A stretch of DNA of 61,076 nt, filler included. It is 6 parts of 6 records of this genome, joined end to end, with 100 filler letters (N's around TTAATTAATTAA, not from the genome) between each part and the next. Parts side by side here need not be neighbours in the genome. Positions count along the whole stretch, not along the records: positions 37,386 to 43,650 come from SRR20825010_3986; positions 43,751 to 54,007 come from SRR20825010_3995; 4 more parts are not named here. The stretch is one strand, 5' to 3'. Below are positions 39,626 to 49,694 of the stretch, one piece after another. The notes beneath the pieces are model-generated. The model did no database searches, was not told the DNA's origin, and saw nothing but the letters and a program-made list of their open reading frames with translations. A program made the position numbers and the translations under genes. How positions within the stretch are numbered: position 1 is the stretch's first letter; every line of letters starts with the position of its first letter.

Positions 39626-40267
39626 TCAGTCCCGGCGGGTAAAAAATGCTGTCTGGGTAGGGTGCCCAACGTCGGGTACGTAGTCTCCAATGCCTCCAAA
39701 TCGCACGTCATAGCCGTTGCGCTCGGCCACACCACGGGCCCAGCGCTGGAACTTGGGCCTGTCCCATTCGAATTTGTGGTCTTCCTCGCGGAATTCACCC
39801 GGCGCCAGGTCGAACAGGGGGTTGTACTCCCGATTTGGCGTGGTCATGAACAGATACCCTGGCCGGTATTCCCCGAACACCGCGCGTTCCACCCTCGACA
39901 GCTGCTCTGGCCGGACATGTTCAATGGTTTCCACCATGGCGGCCGCATCGTAGCCGGTCAGGGCAGGATTGCTCTCGGCGTAGGAACCGCGGACCAGCCG
40001 GATCCTCGGCGTTTCTTCGCACAGGTATTCAGCGAGCACTGCACGGGCCTGCTGAAGAGACACGCCGGAATCCTCAAGGCCGGTTATGCTCTCGAACTGT
40101 GGGTCGGCAAGCATGCGGTAGAGCAGGGAGCCGGAACCGCAACCCAGGTCGAGTACACGCCTTGCCCCAGTCGACTTCAGGGTACGCAATACGAAATCCA
40201 GACGCTCCTCGTGGAGGGAGGTCATCTGGGTCATCATGCTGTTATCCGGAGCCTTGAGTTCGTGCAT
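39626..40267 (-). CDS. Hen1-like RNA 3'-terminal 2'-O-methyltransferase (catalytic domain only)
   Basis: SLHEERL, VLDLGCGSG, YDAA..VE.IEH, TTPN.EYN, FR..DHKFEW.R..FQ.WA and G.PTQ.A.F are Hen1 C-terminal motifs. Confidence 0.85.
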   Translation of the reverse strand: MHELKAPDNSMMTQMTSLHEERLDFVLRTLKSTGARRVLDLGCGSGSLLYRMLADPQFESITGLEDSGVSLQQARAVLAEYLCEETPRIRLVRGSYAESNPALTGYDAAAMVETIEHVRPEQLSRVERAVFGEYRPGYLFMTTPNREYNPLFDLAPGEFREEDHKFEWDRPKFQRWARGVAERNGYDVRFGGIGDYVPDVGHPTQTAFFTRRD

Positions 40268-41841
40268 CAGGCTTTTGCGTTCTCCGTTGGTGATGGTGCC
40301 TGGCCGTCGCGATGCAACACCTGGCTTGCCAGGGCGACGCCGGTTTCGCTCATGGTCAGGTAAGCCTCGTCCGCACCCGCTTCGCGAATTCGCTCTGCTT
40401 CGTCGGCGTACAGGGTATGCGCCACAATATAGCCGGTGAAGCCCTTTTTCCGAAGGTTTCTGGCGGCGATCAGTTTGCCTTCGATGTCACCCATGGCAAG
40501 GATGACGGCTTCAACCGCGGGCATGTGCAGCCCCTGCCAGAAAGAGATGTCCTCCGCGTCACCAAAGACCACGTTGCGTCCTTCCTTCTGGTGTTTTTCC
40601 ACCTTTGCCGGGTCGGAGTCAAGCGCCTTGATCAGTGGCTCCTCACGAGCAAGCTGGTCATAGGCGGCTGAGCCGGTACGGCCCATACCCATCACCAGTA
40701 ATCTGGTGTTGCCCAGGGAGATCGGTTGTTCGTCGGGGTGGCGCCGCTGGCTCTCAAAGGGAGCCAGACGGGCACTGAGGCGCTCATAGACCGTGTGGGA
40801 AAGCCGGTTCACGGGGGCAGACACCACGAAGGACAGTGCCACGGTGATGGCCAGGGGGACCAGCCACTCCGGCAGGGCGACACTGGCCACGATAAGGCCA
40901 AATTCACTGTAGTTGGTCAGTGACAGGGCGCTCAGGAAACTGCTGTGAGAGCGCAGGCGGAAGGCCAGCAACAGGAAGAAAAACAGCACCCCTTTCAGGG
41001 GCACTACCAGCAGCGCTACGGCTGCAAACAGCAATGCCTCGCTATCCGGCAGGCCGCCAATGCCGATCTGAAGGAAAAAGCCCACAAGGAACATTTCCTT
41101 TACGCTCCAAAGCGATTTGGCCAGTTCCTGGGCGCGTGGATGATTGGCCAGCATGGCGCCAAGCACCAGGGCGCCAAGCTCCGAGCTCAGCCCCACTGCT
41201 TCAAAACCGAGCCCGCCAAGAACCAGAGCCAGTAGGAGCCCGAGCAGAACCAGCAACTCATCGTGACCACTAGCATCCAGCAGTTTGAACAGCAGTGGTC
41301 TGAGCAGGGGCAGGCCAAAGATGATCAGCGCCCACTGGGAGGGCGTCTGGCCGGCGGCCAGACTCATCACCACGAGGGCAATCAGATCCTGCATGATCAG
41401 GATTCCGATGGCGACACGCCCATGGAAGGCTCTCAGTTCACGCTTTGTTTCCAGCACCTTGGCGGCCAGCACGGTACTGGAAAAGGAGAGTGCGATGGCG
41501 AGCAGAAATGCAGTCTGCCACGTGAGTTCCATCAGCAGGTAGAGGCCGGGGGTAAACACCGCACAGGTGATGCCAAAGTGAAGCAGGCTGCCGCCGATGA
41601 CTTCAGGGCTGATGATGGAACGTAGCTTCAGCTTCAGGCCAACGGTAAACAGCAGCAACAGGACGCCCAGGTGGGCGATGTGTTCAAGAACATCGGTAGC
41701 TTCAATGGCCAGGTCAGTGGCGGCGGAGAGACCGCTCAGCACAAACCCTGCTGCCAGGTATCCCACCAGGGGCGGCAGGCCAATGGCTTTGACCGTCAGG
41801 CCGAGGACAAAGGCAAAGGATATCCATAGTGCTTCGGGCAT
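40267..41841 (-). CDS. CPA2 cation:proton antiporter with C-terminal TrkA-N/RCK domain (Kef/RosB-like)
   Basis: LPPLVGYL, LSFSST, LIMQD and SEFG motifs, ~13 TM, then GMGRTG Rossmann and GDAED. Confidence 0.92.
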   Translation of the reverse strand: MPEALWISFAFVLGLTVKAIGLPPLVGYLAAGFVLSGLSAATDLAIEATDVLEHIAHLGVLLLLFTVGLKLKLRSIISPEVIGGSLLHFGITCAVFTPGLYLLMELTWQTAFLLAIALSFSSTVLAAKVLETKRELRAFHGRVAIGILIMQDLIALVVMSLAAGQTPSQWALIIFGLPLLRPLLFKLLDASGHDELLVLLGLLLALVLGGLGFEAVGLSSELGALVLGAMLANHPRAQELAKSLWSVKEMFLVGFFLQIGIGGLPDSEALLFAAVALLVVPLKGVLFFFLLLAFRLRSHSSFLSALSLTNYSEFGLIVASVALPEWLVPLAITVALSFVVSAPVNRLSHTVYERLSARLAPFESQRRHPDEQPISLGNTRLLVMGMGRTGSAAYDQLAREEPLIKALDSDPAKVEKHQKEGRNVVFGDAEDISFWQGLHMPAVEAVILAMGDIEGKLIAARNLRKKGFTGYIVAHTLYADEAERIREAGADEAYLTMSETGVALASQVLHRDGQAPSPTENAKA

Positions 41842-41946
41842 GGGTCACTTCACGGTTTAGAAACAAGGCTCTGGCAAGGCTACCGTGTTTCCGTCGGGCC
41901 GTGTAGTCAAAACTGACTTGTCGTGCCAGTTATCACGCGTTGGCGA

Positions 41947-42894
41947 TCACTTTCCCTGGCCGGTGGCGGTTGCGACGAACTCGCGGAACAAGCGTGCGGA
42001 TTCTTCTGGCACCTCGACCATGGGGGCGTGGCCGACGCCTTCCAGAAGCACTTTACGGGCATCTGGGATTCGCTCGACGAACACATCAGCGTTGCGATAA
42101 TTGATCACCCGGTCTTCCATACCCCAGACCACCAGAACCGGTGCCTGGATGCGGGTGATGGCATTGCGGAAGTCATCCTCGTAACCGGTATCCCGGATGG
42201 CATCGAAAATCACTTCGTTGACGTCGCGGTTGGCAATGGCCTTCTCTTCCATGACGTCGTAAATGGGCCAGGGCACGAAGGGTTTCTTCTCCAGCGCAAA
42301 ATCAACCAGGCGTTCAAAGTCGCCCTCCTGGGAGGGGATCAGCGGATTGTCACCGCCCATGACCAGGCTGACCAACTCGCTGTCGTACTCAAAAATTCCC
42401 GCCGGATCAAAGAGGGTGGCGGTGAGGATCTGGTCCGGGTAGGTCGCTGCATAGAGAGCGGTGATGGCGCCGCCCATGGAGTTGCCCATCATGTGCGCTC
42501 TCTGGACGCCCAGAGCATCGAGAATCCTCGACAGGTGCCTGACCTGATCCTCGAATCGATATCCCAGGTCCAGCTCCTTGCTGCTGTCACCATGGCCGGG
42601 CAGGTCGATGGCGTAAACGTTGAACTCATCCGTCAACTGCCGCGCCAGTCGGGTCCAGTTGTCCTTGTTGGCGCCAAAGCCATGGACGAGCACGATGGTG
42701 TCGCCGTCCACCGGCTCTGCATTGCTCAGGTAGGCAATGGTCATCTCACCAACGGTGATACTGGATTCCTCCAGCCCGGCACTGGAGCGTTCCCAGCCAA
42801 TGGCGTTGTCATACAGAGCCTGGCGGGAACAGGCACTGATCATCAAGGTGATGATCAGTATTGAGAGGGTCGACAGGACAGATCGTTGAGCCAT
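41947..42894 (-). CDS. Lipase/esterase, alpha/beta hydrolase lipoprotein
   Basis: Lipobox ISAC, HGFGANKDNW, GNSMGG, WG.EDR and GHAPM.E; start ATG 42894. Confidence 0.9.
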   Translation of the reverse strand: MAQRSVLSTLSILIITLMISACSRQALYDNAIGWERSSAGLEESSITVGEMTIAYLSNAEPVDGDTIVLVHGFGANKDNWTRLARQLTDEFNVYAIDLPGHGDSSKELDLGYRFEDQVRHLSRILDALGVQRAHMMGNSMGGAITALYAATYPDQILTATLFDPAGIFEYDSELVSLVMGGDNPLIPSQEGDFERLVDFALEKKPFVPWPIYDVMEEKAIANRDVNEVIFDAIRDTGYEDDFRNAITRIQAPVLVVWGMEDRVINYRNADVFVERIPDARKVLLEGVGHAPMVEVPEESARLFREFVATATGQGK

Positions 42895-42938
42895 CAGAGC
42901 GTTCCTTGCGAAGAGTGGGCAGATTCGGGCCTGCGCTA

Positions 42939-43650
42939 TCAGGTGTTTTCCCTGGCAATCGCGCGATAGGCAATGTCCTTGCGATAGAAGGCACCGTCCC
43001 ATGAAATGCGCGCAGCTACCTCGTAGGCGCGCTTCTGTGCCTCCGTGACGGTATTGCCCAGGGCCGTGGCGCACAGCACTCGTCCACCGTTGGTAGCCAC
43101 CTGTTCCCCGTTCAAACGGGTACCGGCGTGGAAGACCTTCTCGCCCTCGGTTTCCGATTCTGGCAGCCCGGATATGACGTCGCCCTTGTTGTAGCTGCCA
43201 GGATAGCCGCCCGCAGCCAGCACGATGCCCACGGAAGCGCGCTCGTCCCAGTCTGAACGGCACTGGTCAAGCTTGCCGTCAATGGCAGCCCCGCAGAGTT
43301 CCACCAGATCCGATTTCATCCGCAGCATGATGGGCTGGGTTTCCGGATCGCCAAAGCGGCAGTTGAATTCAATGACCTTGGGGGTACCTTCGCCATCGAT
43401 CATCAGGCCGGCGTACAGGAAACCTTTGTAGGGGTGGCCTTCCGCGGCCATGCCGCGCACGGTGGGATAGATTACTTCGTCCATGATTCGCTTATGGACA
43501 TCCTGAGTGACCACAGGAGCCGGGGAGTAGGCCCCCATGCCACCGGTATTCGGACCAGTGTCACCGTCGCCCACACGCTTATGGTCCTGGGAGGTCGCCA
43601 TGGGTAATACGTGCTCGCCATCTACCATGACGATAAAGCTGGCTTCTTCG
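42939..43650 (-). CDS. purD: Phosphoribosylamine--glycine ligase (3' part)
   Basis: QDHKR..DGDTGPNTGGMGAYSP, EFNCRFGDPETQ, GGRVL and YRKDI. Confidence 0.97.
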
Positions 43651-43750
43651 NNNNNNNNNNNNNNNNNNNNNNNNNNNNNNNNNNNNNNNNNNNNTTAATT
43701 AATTAANNNNNNNNNNNNNNNNNNNNNNNNNNNNNNNNNNNNNNNNNNNN
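43651..43750. other. Artificial contig spacer
   Basis: N-run with TTAATTAATTAA. Confidence 0.99.
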
Positions 43751-45159
43751 GTCAGGAAACTGGTTTGCAGGTTCATGGCGATCAGCACACCAAGCCAGAT
43801 CGGGCCATAGGTGCCGTCCATTGCCAGAAGGGCGGGCGCCACCACAGGTACCACAACAAAGGTGATCTCGATAAAGTCGAGAAAGAAGCCGAGCACAAAC
43901 ATCAGCACCATCACGAGTAAGATGGCGGTAAACTGACCGCCGGGCAGGCCGTGCAACAGGTCTTCAATAGCAGCGTCACCACCCAGCCCACGGAACACCA
44001 GCGAGAACAGCGCAGCACCAATAAGAATGGCATAGATCATGGTGGAGATACGCACCGTTGATTTCAGTACTTCACTTAGCACATTAGCCCGGTACGTTTT
44101 GAAAAGCGCCCATGCAAGGCCACCGAGAAACGCGATGGTGAGTGCAATTGCGCCATAATAGGCGACCTGGTCACTTGTGGGCACTATTGCGCGCTCCATG
44201 CGCAGGTCTGCCACATTACTGATGCTCAGAAGCACAACAAGGCACATCAGCGCGCCAATCACCACCTTGCGGGTCAGGCCGTCAAGCCGTGCGGCCCCCA
44301 GCATGATGGCACCAATCGCACCAACAGAAGCTGCCTCAGTAGGGGTCGCGATGCCGGTGAGGATAGAGCCAAGCACCGCCACAATAAGCACCAGTGGTGG
44401 TGCCAGCGCCAGAAACAGCCGCCCGTAAAACGCGGCATCCAGCACATCGGTCTCCTCTTTGGGTATCGCCGGGCTTGCGTTTGGCCGCAGGATAGCAACC
44501 GCTATTTGATAGAGAATATACAAGCCCACCAACACAAGGCCGGGGATAAGCGCGCCGGCGAACAGCTCGCCTGCGCTCATGGGAATGGGGGAGAAATTGC
44601 CGTTGTTGAGCTGTGCCTGCTGCCACGCAGAAGAGATAACGTCAGCGAGCAGAATAAGCACGATTGAAGGCGGAATGATCTGCCCCAGGGTGCCAGCTGC
44701 CGCGATGGAGCCCGTTGCGAGGGAAGGGTCATACCCACGCTTGAGCATGGTTGGCAGGCTGAGAAGCGCCATGGTGACCACAGTTGCGCCCACAATACCG
44801 GTTGAGGCCGCGAGCAGCGCACCAACGATGGTAACAGAAATACCAAGGCCACCCCTGAGCGTGCCAAAGAGCCGCCCCATATTCTCAAGCAAATCCTCCG
44901 CCACGTTGGATTTCTCCAGCATCACTCCCATCGAGACGAAAAGCGGGATCGCGAACAGAAGCTCGTTGCGGATCACATTACCAAACAACCGGTTCGGCAG
45001 GATCTCAAGGAACGTGGCGTCCAGCGTACCGGTCGCCATGCCGATAAGGCCAAAAAGAAGCCCTGTGCCCCCAAGAGTGAAAGCCACCGGGAAGCCGCTC
45101 AGCAAAAAGCCCACGAGCACCACAAACATGCTGAGCACGAGGAAAATATGCATATCCAT
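43751..45159 (-). CDS. dctM: TRAP transporter large permease (3' truncated)
   Basis: G.PVAFTLGG, AASTGIVGATVV, GTLGQIIPPS, ATPTEAA and NLQTSFL. Confidence 0.93.
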
Positions 45160-45162
45160 GGC

Positions 45163-45660
45163 TTAATCCTTCCCCAGAAGCGCGCGGCCATAGCGCATCA
45201 GGTCGGCCACAGCATGAAGTGACAGTGTGACGGCAAACAGCAAGAGCGTGGACTTGAGGATATAGATATACGGCAGGCCGCTTGCTTCAACACTGGTTTC
45301 CATAATCGTCCAGCTCTCTGTCACATAAGGCACAGAAGACATCCAGAACAGGATCAGGAATGGGATGAGAAGGAAAAGCGTGCCAAGGAAGTTTACGCGG
45401 GCTTGCGCGCGGGGTGCCATCTTTGAGTAGAAGATATCTACCCGCACATGCTCACCGCGCACAGCCGTGTAGCCCGCGCCACCCAAAAACATCAGTGCGT
45501 TAATATATTGGAGACTTTCCTGCAGCTGTATGCTGCCCGATTTGAACACATACACCAAGAGCACAACGGCAAACTGGATGAGGACAAGCAGAAGCGGCAG
45601 CACAGCAAGAACGCCGCCGCTTTTCTCAAGGAAAGCGTCAATCAGGGCAACAGGGCGCAT
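45163..45660 (-). CDS. dctQ: TRAP transporter small permease
   Basis: HVRVDIFY motif, four TM segments, located between dctP and dctM. Confidence 0.9.
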   Translation of the reverse strand: MRPVALIDAFLEKSGGVLAVLPLLLVLIQFAVVLLVYVFKSGSIQLQESLQYINALMFLGGAGYTAVRGEHVRVDIFYSKMAPRAQARVNFLGTLFLLIPFLILFWMSSVPYVTESWTIMETSVEASGLPYIYILKSTLLLFAVTLSLHAVADLMRYGRALLGKD

Positions 45661-45663
45661 GGA

Positions 45664-46845
45664 TTATCCGTCGATCAGGCTGCGGGCGTGGGCAAAGGCC
45701 TGCTCAGAAATAGCACCCCAACGGATGCCTTCCTGCCGTGCCTTGCGGAAGCTTTCAAACACCTTGCCGGTGGTCTCATCCGCTTTGGCTGCGTCGGCCA
45801 GTACTTCGGCTGAAAGTGTGCCAAGCGCGCGCAGGATATCGTCGCTGAAGCGTTTCAGTTGCACACCGTGTTCGTTTACAAGCGTGTCGAGCGCGCGGGC
45901 GTTGTTGGCATTAAACTCGGCAAACATCAGGTCATTCTCGGTTGCGGCAGCAGCGCGCACGATTTCCTGCTCACGCGGGCTCATATCTTCCCACAGCTCT
46001 TTATTGAGACCGAGGGAGAGCGAGGTGCCGGGCTCATGAATGCCGGGGTAATAATAGTTTTTCACAATGGTGTGGAAACCGAAAGCGAGGTCGTTCCATG
46101 GGCCGATCCACTCGCTTGCGTCAATATTGCCCTGGCTAAGCGCCTGGAAAATCTCGCCGCCCTGTTTGGTTACAGGGGTCGCGCCAAAGCGTTTCATCAC
46201 TTCACCGCCAAGGCCGGGCATGCGAATGCGCAGACCTTGGAAGTCTTCAACGGAATGGATGTCTTTTTTGAACCAGCCGCCCATTTGCACGCCGGTGTTG
46301 CCTGCAAGGAAAGGCTTCACATTGAAACGGCCGGAAAGCTCGTCCCAAAGCTCTTGGCCGCCACCAAAGCGGATCCAGGCATTCATCTCATTTGCAGTCA
46401 TGCCCATGGGCACAGCGGCGAAGAAGTTGAACGCGGGTGATTTGCCCTGCCAGTAATATTCTGCGGCGTGGTACATGTCCGCTTTGCCTTGGCTTACGGC
46501 GTCAAAACCGCCCAGCGCACCAACCAGTTCGCCCGCAGCGTATACTTTCACCGTGATGGAACCGTCCGACAGTGCTTCGATGCGCTTGGCAAGCCGTTCG
46601 GCACCTGTGCCGAGGCCGGGGAAGTTTTTCGGCCAGCTTGTCACCATCTTGAGCTGACGCCGTTTGGTCGCAACGGCGGGGCCGCTTGCGCCCGACTGCG
46701 CGTCGCCACTATCACAGGCGGCCAACATCGCGGCGCTGCCGACAAGGCCAGCGCCCTTGAGCAGCGAGCGACGATTTAACAGCTTGTCCGCCGCTTGTTG
46801 CGGCTTGGCTTTTTGTGATGGTGTGTGTTGGGCTTTTTTGCGCAC
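45664..46845 (-). CDS. dctP: TRAP transporter substrate-binding protein (TakP-like, Tat-exported)
   Basis: NRRSLLK Tat motif, YYWQGK, GNTG.QMGGWF, R.PGLGG, EWIGP and YYPG.HE; GTG 46845 follows GGGGAG. Confidence 0.92.
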   Translation of the reverse strand: MRKKAQHTPSQKAKPQQAADKLLNRRSLLKGAGLVGSAAMLAACDSGDAQSGASGPAVATKRRQLKMVTSWPKNFPGLGTGAERLAKRIEALSDGSITVKVYAAGELVGALGGFDAVSQGKADMYHAAEYYWQGKSPAFNFFAAVPMGMTANEMNAWIRFGGGQELWDELSGRFNVKPFLAGNTGVQMGGWFKKDIHSVEDFQGLRIRMPGLGGEVMKRFGATPVTKQGGEIFQALSQGNIDASEWIGPWNDLAFGFHTIVKNYYYPGIHEPGTSLSLGLNKELWEDMSPREQEIVRAAAATENDLMFAEFNANNARALDTLVNEHGVQLKRFSDDILRALGTLSAEVLADAAKADETTGKVFESFRKARQEGIRWGAISEQAFAHARSLIDG

Positions 46846-46957
46846 AGATAACTCCCCCTGAACCGAATTTTTGGACAGCGGATGCAGCCAATATGGCATA
46901 TGGCAGCTGTCGGCGCACAGTATAGAGTGCGCACCGGCTTGAGCAAGCAAAGAGCGG

Positions 46958-47695
46958 TTATTTTGGTGCTTCTTGGTCCTGAATTTCGAACCAGCCGTTT
47001 TGACCAAGGCGTTCCAGTGGCCTGAAGCGCCCCTTGTAGTTCATTTTGGGGCTGTCTTTGACCCAGTAACCCAAATAAACGTATGGCTGATTCGCATATC
47101 TCGCCCGCACGATATGATCATAGATCAGATAGGTGCCGAGGCTTCTGGAGGTTTCTTGTGTGTTGAAGAAGCTGTAAATCATCGAAAGGCCGTCGGACAG
47201 TTCGTCCGTCAGCGCGGTTGCCATCAGCTTGCCGTCAATTGCGCGGCGATATTCCACCAGCACAGTGGGCACCGGGCTGGTTTCCACCATGTCGCGGAAC
47301 TCTTCCGCTGTCATATCGGCCATGGTGCCGTCCGCGTGCCGTTCCTCAAGATAGGTGCGCAAAAGTTCATATTGTTCGTCGGTAACGATGGGCGGCCGCA
47401 CCTCAGCCTTGAGGTCTGAGTTGGATTTGGCCACCCGGCGCATCGAGCGTGTTGGCTTGAAGTCTTTTACCCGAACCCGGACAGATACGCATTCCGAGCA
47501 CCCTTCGCACGCAGGGCGGTAAACCACAGACTGGCTGCGGCGGAAACCAACACGGCCCAGCGCTTCATTCAGCGCGGCGGCGTCTGGTCCTCTGAGTTCC
47601 GTAAAAACCTTGCGCTCAATCCGACCGTCGAGATACGGGCACGGCGAGGGTGCCGTGACGTAAAACTTCGGAAACTGGAGCCCTTGGTCTGTCAT
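46958..47695 (-). CDS. bpt: Arginyl-tRNA-protein transferase-like / aspartate-glutamate leucyltransferase (Ate/Bpt)
   Basis: PCPYL.GR.ERK, GFRRSQ...YRP.C..C..C, GLS.IYSFF and YVYLGYWV..S.KM.YK. Confidence 0.9.
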   Translation of the reverse strand: MTDQGLQFPKFYVTAPSPCPYLDGRIERKVFTELRGPDAAALNEALGRVGFRRSQSVVYRPACEGCSECVSVRVRVKDFKPTRSMRRVAKSNSDLKAEVRPPIVTDEQYELLRTYLEERHADGTMADMTAEEFRDMVETSPVPTVLVEYRRAIDGKLMATALTDELSDGLSMIYSFFNTQETSRSLGTYLIYDHIVRARYANQPYVYLGYWVKDSPKMNYKGRFRPLERLGQNGWFEIQDQEAPK

Positions 47696-47716
47696 GAGTA
47701 CATATTTCTCCTTGCC

Positions 47717-49549
47717 CTAGAGGAGACCATAGTACCACGGAACGAACAGGGAGAAAGTAATCCAGCACACAAAAATGAGCGGTGTACCGACTTTCATGAA
47801 ATCAACAAAGCGATAATGCCCCGGTGCCATCACAAGAAGGTTGGTCTGATAGCTCATCGGTGTTGCGAAACTACAGTTCGCGCCGAATATCACCGCCAGC
47901 AGGAACGGCATGGGGTCAACCCCGAGTTCACTGGCGATTGAAACCGCAATTGGCGTGAAAAGAACTGCTGTGGCGTTGTTTGAGAGCACGTTTGTGAGCA
48001 GCGCCACAAGCAGGAAGAAGCCCGAGAGTAGCACAGCCACAGGCGCGCCGCGCAAGCTCTCGATCACCGCATGCGCGAGCCATGTGGCACCACCAGTGCC
48101 TTGCATGGCGGTGCCAAGCGCAAGGGCCGCACCAACGATGGTGAACACCCGGCGGTCAATGGCACGGCCAGCCTGCCGCACATTAAGGCAGCGGCTTGCC
48201 ATCATCAGCGTGGCGCCCAGAAGGGACGCCACCACAATTGGCATGATTTCAAGCGCAGCTAGCGCCACAACGCCCGCAAAGATAGCGAGTGCCCGCCACG
48301 CAAATTCTTGCATTGGTACATCGCTCGCGGATGATTCCATCAAAAGAACGTCGCGGTTGTCCCTTAGCGCCAGTACAGCAGAGCGGCTACCCATTACGAG
48401 AAGCACGTCACCCGCTTCAAGCCGAAGCTGGGAGAGGGCTGCGCGGATCATGCGGCTACGGCGCTGTACGCCCAGCACGGAAACGCCGGTATCGGCCCTG
48501 AAGCCGGTTTGAGCAAGGGTGCGACCATCCATGCGCGAGGCTGGTGCCACGACGGCTTCTGCGATCACCCGGCGTTCACCGGCCTTGTCGTCCACATCCT
48601 CACCCTCGGCGCTTGAAACAAGGTCGGGTGAGGCGTTGAGAAGCTCGGTCATCACCGAGCGCGTGGCGGCCACAAGCACAACATCGCCCACTTCAAGCGT
48701 GATATCGTCATAAGGGGGCAACAGCTTTTCGCGACCGCGTTCAATCATGCGAACGGTCACGTCCTTGAGGCCGGGGAACATGCCCGCGACGGCTGACTGG
48801 CCCACGAGACCGTTATCGGGTGCGAGTTCCATCTGGAACAGGAACTGTTTACCGCCGCCACCAGCGAGGCGCTTGGCCAGGCCCGCGCGGTCCACAAGCA
48901 GGCGGGGCGCAATAACAATCACATAGATAAACCCGACAAAAGCGATCACGGCGCCAGGAATGGTGAAATCAAAAAAGCCGATGCCGCTGCCACCGGCCTG
49001 CTCATAGGCACCAATGGCCAAAAGGTTGGTGCTTGAGCCGATCTTGGTCATATTACCACCAAGGATGGCCGCAAAACTGAGCGGCATCATCACCATGGCT
49101 GCTTTTTTGCCAAGCCGTTCCGCGAGTGCTGCGAGGATAGGGATGAAGATCACCACCACAGGTGTGTTGTTCAACACGCCTGAGATCACCATAACGACAA
49201 TAAGACAGGCCACGATAATAAGCCGCGGGAAGCTTTTCCCCAGCACCATCAGGAAGCGGGCAGGGCCGTTTAGCGCCCCGGTTTGCACCAGCCCTTGCCC
49301 CACAACAAGCAGTGCCATGATGGTAATAAGGGCGGGGTCTGCAAAGCCCTGCAGCAGGTCACGCCGGGTGATAAGCTGCTCGCCATCGGCGCTCATCATC
49401 GGGGCGATTTCAAAAACAAGCAGCAACAACGCAACCGTCGCGATGGAGGAAATCTCAAGCGGGATGCGGTCATAGGCGTAGGCCACGATTGCGCCCAGCA
49501 CAATCGCGAAGGTCAGCCACATTTGAATGGTTGGTTCAACAAGATCCAT
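47717..49549 (-). CDS. SLC13/DASS family permease with TrkA-C domains
   Basis: LNNTPVV, LGG..T.IGSSTN, SNNATAVL and TP.SYQTNL motifs; central RCK-C repeats. Confidence 0.92.
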   Translation of the reverse strand: MDLVEPTIQMWLTFAIVLGAIVAYAYDRIPLEISSIATVALLLLVFEIAPMMSADGEQLITRRDLLQGFADPALITIMALLVVGQGLVQTGALNGPARFLMVLGKSFPRLIIVACLIVVMVISGVLNNTPVVVIFIPILAALAERLGKKAAMVMMPLSFAAILGGNMTKIGSSTNLLAIGAYEQAGGSGIGFFDFTIPGAVIAFVGFIYVIVIAPRLLVDRAGLAKRLAGGGGKQFLFQMELAPDNGLVGQSAVAGMFPGLKDVTVRMIERGREKLLPPYDDITLEVGDVVLVAATRSVMTELLNASPDLVSSAEGEDVDDKAGERRVIAEAVVAPASRMDGRTLAQTGFRADTGVSVLGVQRRSRMIRAALSQLRLEAGDVLLVMGSRSAVLALRDNRDVLLMESSASDVPMQEFAWRALAIFAGVVALAALEIMPIVVASLLGATLMMASRCLNVRQAGRAIDRRVFTIVGAALALGTAMQGTGGATWLAHAVIESLRGAPVAVLLSGFFLLVALLTNVLSNNATAVLFTPIAVSIASELGVDPMPFLLAVIFGANCSFATPMSYQTNLLVMAPGHYRFVDFMKVGTPLIFVCWITFSLFVPWYYGLL

Positions 49550-49694
49550 AAACTTGGGGTATCCACGCGTGTTTAAAACAGCTTAAGGGAAATTGTTACA
49601 GGTCAGCCTCATGGCCGACAAGTCAAATCTGAACGGACAGCGCTAGTGCGCGCCATGAGCGAAACTTAAGGTCGTAAAGCGCTCTTGGTCTATT

